From a virus (Duplodnaviria; Caudoviricetes), in the IMG/VR virus record IMGVR_UViG_3300032212_000057, positions 1 to 39,664 of that record: a stretch of 39,664 nucleotides of DNA, one strand, 5' to 3'. The translations under genes were made by a program, and so were the position numbers. The notes under the pieces were generated by a model. It was not told where the DNA came from and did no database searches. It was given only the letters and a program-made list of their open reading frames with translations. Positions 35,907 to 39,664 of the stretch are shown here, piece by piece (position 1 is the first letter of the stretch; every line of letters begins with the position of its first letter).

Positions 35907-36179
35907 ATGGGAAAGTGGGACAACAAGTTATCGACGATACGTAAAATGGCCGGCAATGACTCAACTAAAGAGATTGCATCGACCATAGGAACAACCGTGC
36001 CAAACTTGCATAAAATTTGCCACAGGAATGGCATTTCACTTCCTCGTGATCCTGAAACATATAAAGGCGGCAGAGGTCGCAAGCCCTCTGCACAAAAGTT
36101 AGAGGCAGCAAAAGATTTACTTTTAAATGCGGGTTATAGAGTTTATATGCTAGATCCGTTTGGCGGAATAAACACATAA
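35907..36179 (+). CDS. Cassette ORF: 90-aa HTH-like protein
   Basis: RBS GAGGA; STKEIASTIGTTVPNLHKIC; stop lies in the attC8 core. Confidence 0.7.
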   Translation: MGKWDNKLSTIRKMAGNDSTKEIASTIGTTVPNLHKICHRNGISLPRDPETYKGGRGRKPSAQKLEAAKDLLLNAGYRVYMLDPFGGINT

Positions 36180-36222
36180 CGCACGTATTCAGCGGTTTAT
36201 CCGCTGGAATTTATTGTTAGCC
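36174..36222 (-). repeat. attC site 8 (49 bp, minimal)
   Basis: Minus: GGCTAAC-AATAA-ATTCCAGC-GGATAAACC-GCTGAAT-ACGTGC-GTTATGT. Confidence 0.9.
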
Positions 36223-36235
36223 ACAGGAGGCTGAT

Positions 36236-36427
36236 ATGAAATTATTTGTATGGACTGGATTCTGTCCTGATTACACAAGCGGTATGGCATTTGCCATCGC
36301 TAAAGATGAAGCAGACGCAAGAAAGCAGATTGAAGCCAACCAAGGCTATGAGGTTTATACGTGGGGTACGCTTTCAGTACATCGACTGGATAGGCGTGTT
36401 GCCTATTCTGTTGCTGGTGGTGGCTAA
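36236..36427 (+). CDS. Cassette ORF: 63-aa hypothetical protein
   Basis: RBS AGGAGG; DYTSGMAFAIA...EAR; stop lies in the attC9 core. Confidence 0.75.
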   Translation: MKLFVWTGFCPDYTSGMAFAIAKDEADARKQIEANQGYEVYTWGTLSVHRLDRRVAYSVAGGG

Positions 36428-36482
36428 CGGCTTTAATAAGTGGCGCGGCTTTATCGCGTCCATTTTGATTTATTTGTTATAT
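36422..36482 (-). repeat. attC site 9 (61 bp)
   Basis: Minus: ATATAAC-AAATA-AATCAAAA-TGGACGCG..CGCGCC-ACTTATT-AAAGCC-GTTAGCC. Confidence 0.9.
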
Positions 36483-36495
36483 TTTAAGGTGATTT

Positions 36496-36699
36496 ATGAA
36501 AAAGAAAACAATGACTACAAATTTAACTGCGCATGAGTTTGAGCTTGTAGAAAAACTCTGTAAAGAAAAAGGCATTACTAAAACCGCTCTCGTGAGGCAG
36601 TCAATAAGGCTTTATCAGCAGATAGGCGAAAGAGTAGAGGCTGGTAAGATTTTACTAAAAGAAAATGATAGACCTAGAAAAGAAATAATAATCATTTAA
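36496..36699 (+). CDS. Cassette ORF: ribbon-helix-helix (CopG-like) protein
   Basis: TMTTNLT..EFELVEKLC...GITKTALVRQSI pattern; RBS AAGGTGA. Confidence 0.75.
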   Translation: MKKKTMTTNLTAHEFELVEKLCKEKGITKTALVRQSIRLYQQIGERVEAGKILLKENDRPRKEIIII

Positions 36700-36701
36700 G
36701 A

Positions 36702-36823
36702 ATATAACGCTGGAGATGTGGGGCTGGCGGAAACGAGGCCCCGGAGACACCAACCTGTAAGAATTTCTTACAAGTTGAATTAAACGACGCGGTAGCCAGT
36801 CCCGCACTATTGACTGGTTAGGC
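36702..36823 (-). repeat. attC site 10 (122 bp, VCR-like long site)
   Basis: Minus: GCCTAAC-CAGTC-AATAGTGC-GGGACTGGC..GCCAGCCCC-ACATCT-CCAGC-GTTATAT with apical stem CAAC.TGTAAGAA/TTCTTACA.GTTG. Confidence 0.85.
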
Positions 36824-36903
36824 GCGATGTTAAACGAAGGGTGCACGGGCGAAGCCGGTGCGGGACTAACATAGCAGGGCGAAGCCTTGCGGAGGTTGAA
36901 GAA

Positions 36904-37119
36904 ATGGAAATGGGTGCCGCAGTAAAGAAGCTGATAAAGAATGAGGCCGAGAACGGGACCATTGAGAGTATGGCTACTGCGTATTCTGTGGCGCTTGGTG
37001 TAATTCCAGCAGGAGACAATAGCCAGTGGGGGCCAATCAACGAGATGCTGCCAGGCAAAAAGCTGGAGTTAATAAAAACCAAGGCGTGGAGAAAGTACGA
37101 AGCCATGGTTAGCGCCTAA
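36904..37119 (+). CDS. Cassette ORF: 71-aa hypothetical protein
   Basis: RBS GGAGG before ATG 36904; stop lies in the attC11 core. Confidence 0.6.
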   Translation: MEMGAAVKKLIKNEAENGTIESMATAYSVALGVIPAGDNSQWGPINEMLPGKKLELIKTKAWRKYEAMVSA

Positions 37120-37185
37120 CGATGGAGGTAACGCGCATGAGTGAGCGCAGCGAAACGAATGTCGAAGTTGACCATGTTGTTATGT
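37114..37185 (-). repeat. attC site 11 (72 bp)
   Basis: Minus: ACATAAC-AACAT-GGTCAACT-TCGACAT..TTCGCTGCGCTCA..ATGCGC-GTTACCT-CCATC-GTTAGGC. Confidence 0.8.
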
Positions 37186-37301
37186 GCGACTTCATTTGCG
37201 AGCACTGCAACAAAGAATACCACGGCGACTGCAAACAAGCCTTTGCTGATGGGTGGCAACATGGATGGGATGCTTCTTTTTGCCCAGATTGCAATGTCTA
37301 A
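37182..37301 (+). CDS. Cassette ORF: 39-aa CxxC...CxxC Zn-finger microprotein
   Basis: Hand translation MCDFICEHC...FCPDCNV; ATG lies in the GTTATG core. Confidence 0.5.
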   Translation: MCDFICEHCNKEYHGDCKQAFADGWQHGWDASFCPDCNV

Positions 37302-37461
37302 GTGCGAGCATCTGCATACGCCTGTACCGGAAGAAAGCGCCAGCTATTTAGGATGGCACGCGTGGGCTGACAAGATGAGTAAAGCGCACAATCAGAAAAA
37401 ATGCCCGGCATGTGGACTATGGAAAATATGGGTGCCAAAACAGAAACGCAAAAGCGCATAA
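37294..37461 (+). CDS. Cassette ORF: 55-aa Cys/His Zn-binding protein
   Basis: MSKCEHLHTP...YLGWHAWA...CPACGLW; stop lies in the GCATAAC core. Confidence 0.65.
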   Translation: MSKCEHLHTPVPEESASYLGWHAWADKMSKAHNQKKCPACGLWKIWVPKQKRKSA

Positions 37462-37489
37462 CAGCAGAATATACAGAGCGTGCAAGGTA

Positions 37490-37795
37490 GTGTACAGAAA
37501 ACGTACAAAATACAGTGAAAAAATGAAAGTTGCGCGTGCTGCTAAAGAGCGTAAACGGCTTGAAGGTGATGCGCCCGACTACCCCGTAATGCTGCCAGAC
37601 GTTCGCCGGCGAATCATTATCATTGACTATGATTTTGGCGAAGTCATACACGAAATAGTATTAAAAAGATCAAACCGCGCCGACTGCTACCAGGCTGTTA
37701 TCGACGGTAAAATTTGGAAAGAAAGGATCGGCTGGTCAAAAATTTTAGAAGCACTCCGCAAAAGCTTTATTCGTGTTGGAGCAACAATAAATTAA
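37490..37795 (+). CDS. Hypothetical protein upstream of the recombinase (candidate directionality factor)
   Basis: Basic 101-aa ORF (GTG start uncertain); function inferred from position only. Confidence 0.55.
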   Translation: MYRKRTKYSEKMKVARAAKERKRLEGDAPDYPVMLPDVRRRIIIIDYDFGEVIHEIVLKRSNRADCYQAVIDGKIWKERIGWSKILEALRKSFIRVGATIN

Positions 37796-37907
37796 CGATG
37801 TATAAGGTAAATACACATTAAAATGAGTGACAAAATCACAATACTGCCTTCAGTAGGCGTGCCAGACTTGGATCTGGCTGCTGATTTTGTGCTAAATTCA
37901 ATACTAG

Positions 37908-39440
37908 ATGATAGAAAAAAACAAAAAAGCCGCGCTGTACTTAAGGTCGTCGAAGGATCGAAGCGATGTAAGCATCGATGCTCAACGCAGAACCTTAACG
38001 AAACTCGCTAAAGAAAAAGGCATATTAATCGTTCATGAGTACGCTGATCCCGTTGTTTCAGCTAAAGATGAACGTCGTCCTGAATTTCAAAAACTTCTTG
38101 TTGATTTACGGTCCCCTTCTCGCAGTTGGAATACATTGATATTGCTGGATTCATCCAGGTTATCGAGAAGGCAATACTTCGCCCCTATATTCAAACACGA
38201 ACTTTCAAAACGTGGCGTTGATATTATATTTTCAAAAATCCCCGATGTTGACCCCATCACAAAAATTGTTTTAGAAGGCACCTTTGAAACAATGGACGTG
38301 GTTCATTCCATGCTATCCAAAGAAAAAGGATTAGCTGGCATGGCCGAAAACGTTAACCAGGGTTTTCGTGCTGGTGGTCGTGCGCCACGGGGTTACAAAC
38401 TCAAACACGTAGCCACCGGCACAATGCGAGAAGGTAAACCCGTAGAAAAATCCACGCTCGAACCCAACAACGAAGCGCCTGCTGTTAAACGATATTTAAA
38501 AGCAAGAGCGCAGGACGTTCCCCGCGCCAAAGCCAAAGCCGACTCAGCCATCAAGGCAAGCAACAGCTCATTAGTTGACTTAGAGTGGAACGCACTTACC
38601 TATGCCGGCAACACAATATGGAACGTAAGAAATGAATTTGTTGCAGGTCAAGGCTATAAAAACGGCTCAAAACGTAAACCGCGAAGCCAATGGCTAATCA
38701 ATAAAAAAACACATAAAGCATTAATTTCAAATGAAGAAGCCGAACACCTGGTATCCCAACTTGAAACAAGCAACGCCAATATAAACAGAGCAAAAGCCAA
38801 AGCCGCCGGCTCCAAATATTTATTATCAGGATTATTAAAGTCACCAGACGGAAGAAACTGGGACGGCGATGGCAAAAATTACAGAGTAAGAACCAAAGCC
38901 GGACTAAAAGGACGGTACGTTAACCGGGAAAAAATTGAGCGCCCAATCATTGCTCAGTTCATAGCCGACATGAAATCAAAAAGCTTTCTAAATGCACTAC
39001 TGAAAAAAGTACAGCTATGCAACACCATCGAACCACCACCAGAACTGGGCGAAGCAACCAAGCAACTAAATGACATCAACAAACGAATTTCAAAAACAAT
39101 GGACTTCGCATCAGAGCTAGAAGATCCAGCACCGGCCTTAAGAAAGATAAACGAACTGGAAAAAACAAGAAAAGTGGTCGCCAACGAAATAACAACGCTA
39201 GAAAGAGAGTATAAAGCTCAAAGCTCATTAGCTCATATAACAGAAGATGATTTGAAACAGTCACTAAATAATTTAGCTGAAGGAATGCTAGATCCAAGCA
39301 AAGAAGCTATATCGCCATTCGTTGAGCGTATTGAATTAGATCCGGTAAGTTTAAAAGCCAATATCCACTACCGCATATCGGTAGTGGATAGACTTAATAT
39401 GGCGTCCCCAAGGGGAGTCGAACCCCTGTTACTGCCGTGA
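37908..39440 (+). CDS. Large serine recombinase (prophage integrase)
   Basis: ALYLRSS catalytic motif, S.DAQ, RPEFQKL, DSSRLSR, recombinase domain (GGRAPRGY), coiled coil; ends inside the tRNA. Confidence 0.93.
   Translation: MIEKNKKAALYLRSSKDRSDVSIDAQRRTLTKLAKEKGILIVHEYADPVVSAKDERRPEFQKLLVDLRSPSRSWNTLILLDSSRLSRRQYFAPIFKHELSKRGVDIIFSKIPDVDPITKIVLEGTFETMDVVHSMLSKEKGLAGMAENVNQGFRAGGRAPRGYKLKHVATGTMREGKPVEKSTLEPNNEAPAVKRYLKARAQDVPRAKAKADSAIKASNSSLVDLEWNALTYAGNTIWNVRNEFVAGQGYKNGSKRKPRSQWLINKKTHKALISNEEAEHLVSQLETSNANINRAKAKAAGSKYLLSGLLKSPDGRNWDGDGKNYRVRTKAGLKGRYVNREKIERPIIAQFIADMKSKSFLNALLKKVQLCNTIEPPPELGEATKQLNDINKRISKTMDFASELEDPAPALRKINELEKTRKVVANEITTLEREYKAQSSLAHITEDDLKQSLNNLAEGMLDPSKEAISPFVERIELDPVSLKANIHYRISVVDRLNMASPRGVEPLLLP
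39362..39390. terminator. Perfect 12-bp inverted repeat just 3' of the tRNA (terminator/stabiliser or att arm)
   Basis: TATCCACTACCG-CATAT-CGGTAGTGGATA, inside the integrase ORF; U-tract weak. Confidence 0.55.
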
Positions 39441-39475
39441 AAGGGCAATGTCCTAGGCCTCTAGACGATGGGGAC
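39400..39475 (-). tRNA. tRNA-Glu (anticodon TTC), prophage attachment site
   Basis: 76 nt GTCCCCATCGTCTAGAGGCCTAGGAC...CTTTCAC...GGTTCGACTCC...GGGGACGCCA; cloverleaf with CCA. Confidence 0.97.
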
Positions 39476-39482
39476 TAAAACT

Positions 39483-39664
39483 TTAGTCTTCGTCGTTACG
39501 TTCGGATAATATCGTGGTTACCATGCCGGTAAACAAAACAATAAATCCAACGGGTATGATGGTGCCAAGCCATATTATCGCGTTTTCGCTCTCGTTCAAC
39601 AAGAGTGTAAACCCAATCACCATACCACTAACGGTGAGCAAAATTCCTGCGATAACCGCAAGTT
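39483..39664 (-). CDS. Partial host membrane protein (3' end)
   Basis: Open frame ...LAVIAGILLTVSGMVIGF...FIVLFTGMVTTILSERNDED*; two TMs. Confidence 0.6.
   Translation of the reverse strand, partial: LAVIAGILLTVSGMVIGFTLLLNESENAIIWLGTIIPVGFIVLFTGMVTTILSERNDED

Larger units (their letters stand above)
33024..37462 (-). mobile_element. Integron-type gene cassette array lacking IntI (CALIN-like), genes inverted relative to attC
   Basis: 11 attC-type imperfect palindromes, about 12 cassettes, complementary core sites at the two ends of each cassette. Confidence 0.9.
1..39475. mobile_element. Temperate prophage (short-tailed, P22/BPP-1-like virion module with lambdoid control region) integrated at tRNA-Glu; left boundary outside window
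   Basis: Contiguous terminase-portal-scaffold-capsid-adaptor-nozzle-ejection-fibre-lysis order, cI/cro switch, replication genes, and a serine recombinase abutting the 3' end of a tRNA; no tape measure or sheath gene seen. Confidence 0.95.

Noticed and set aside
36807-37106. 99-aa minus-strand ORF nearly filling cassette 10 in canonical orientation
   Set aside because: No RBS and antisense-like composition; the plus ORF has GGAGG and stops in the core like its neighbours. Not fully excluded
33272-37185. CRISPR array, REP elements or simple terminators as the explanation for the intergenic hairpins
   Set aside because: The elements differ in sequence and length, are separated by whole genes, mostly lack U-tracts, and share only attC-type boxes with cassette-wise end complementarity
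37823-38011. 62-aa ORF overlapping the recombinase start
   Set aside because: Out-of-frame overlap of about 100 nt with the catalytic domain and no recognisable motif; cannot be supported from sequence alone

Overview
Almost the whole window (1 to ~39,475) is a temperate, podovirus-type prophage whose right end sits at a tRNA-Glu(TTC) gene; the left end lies outside the window. On the minus strand is a late operon: terminases, portal, scaffold, capsid, adaptor/nozzle, ejection proteins including a 2645-aa polyvalent protein, tail fibre and lysis genes. It is preceded by a Q-type late promoter and a cro/cII/replication operon. A 434-like immunity region has 3+3 ACAA-N6-TTGT operators. A plus-strand early operon ends in a large serine recombinase that overlaps the tRNA. 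The standout feature is at ~33.0-37.5 kb: eleven integron attC-type sites (49-122 bp) separate about 12 small gene cassettes (Thg1-like tRNA guanylyltransferase, methyltransferase, HTH/RHH proteins, unknowns). The two ends of each cassette are complementary, which is the signature of mobilised integron cassettes. There is no IntI in the window, and every gene is inverted relative to canonical attC polarity, so the genes read from the phage early promoter. This suggests a phage-borne, inverted cassette array that may borrow a host integron integrase. All protein assignments come from motifs and gene order read by eye; no database searches were run.
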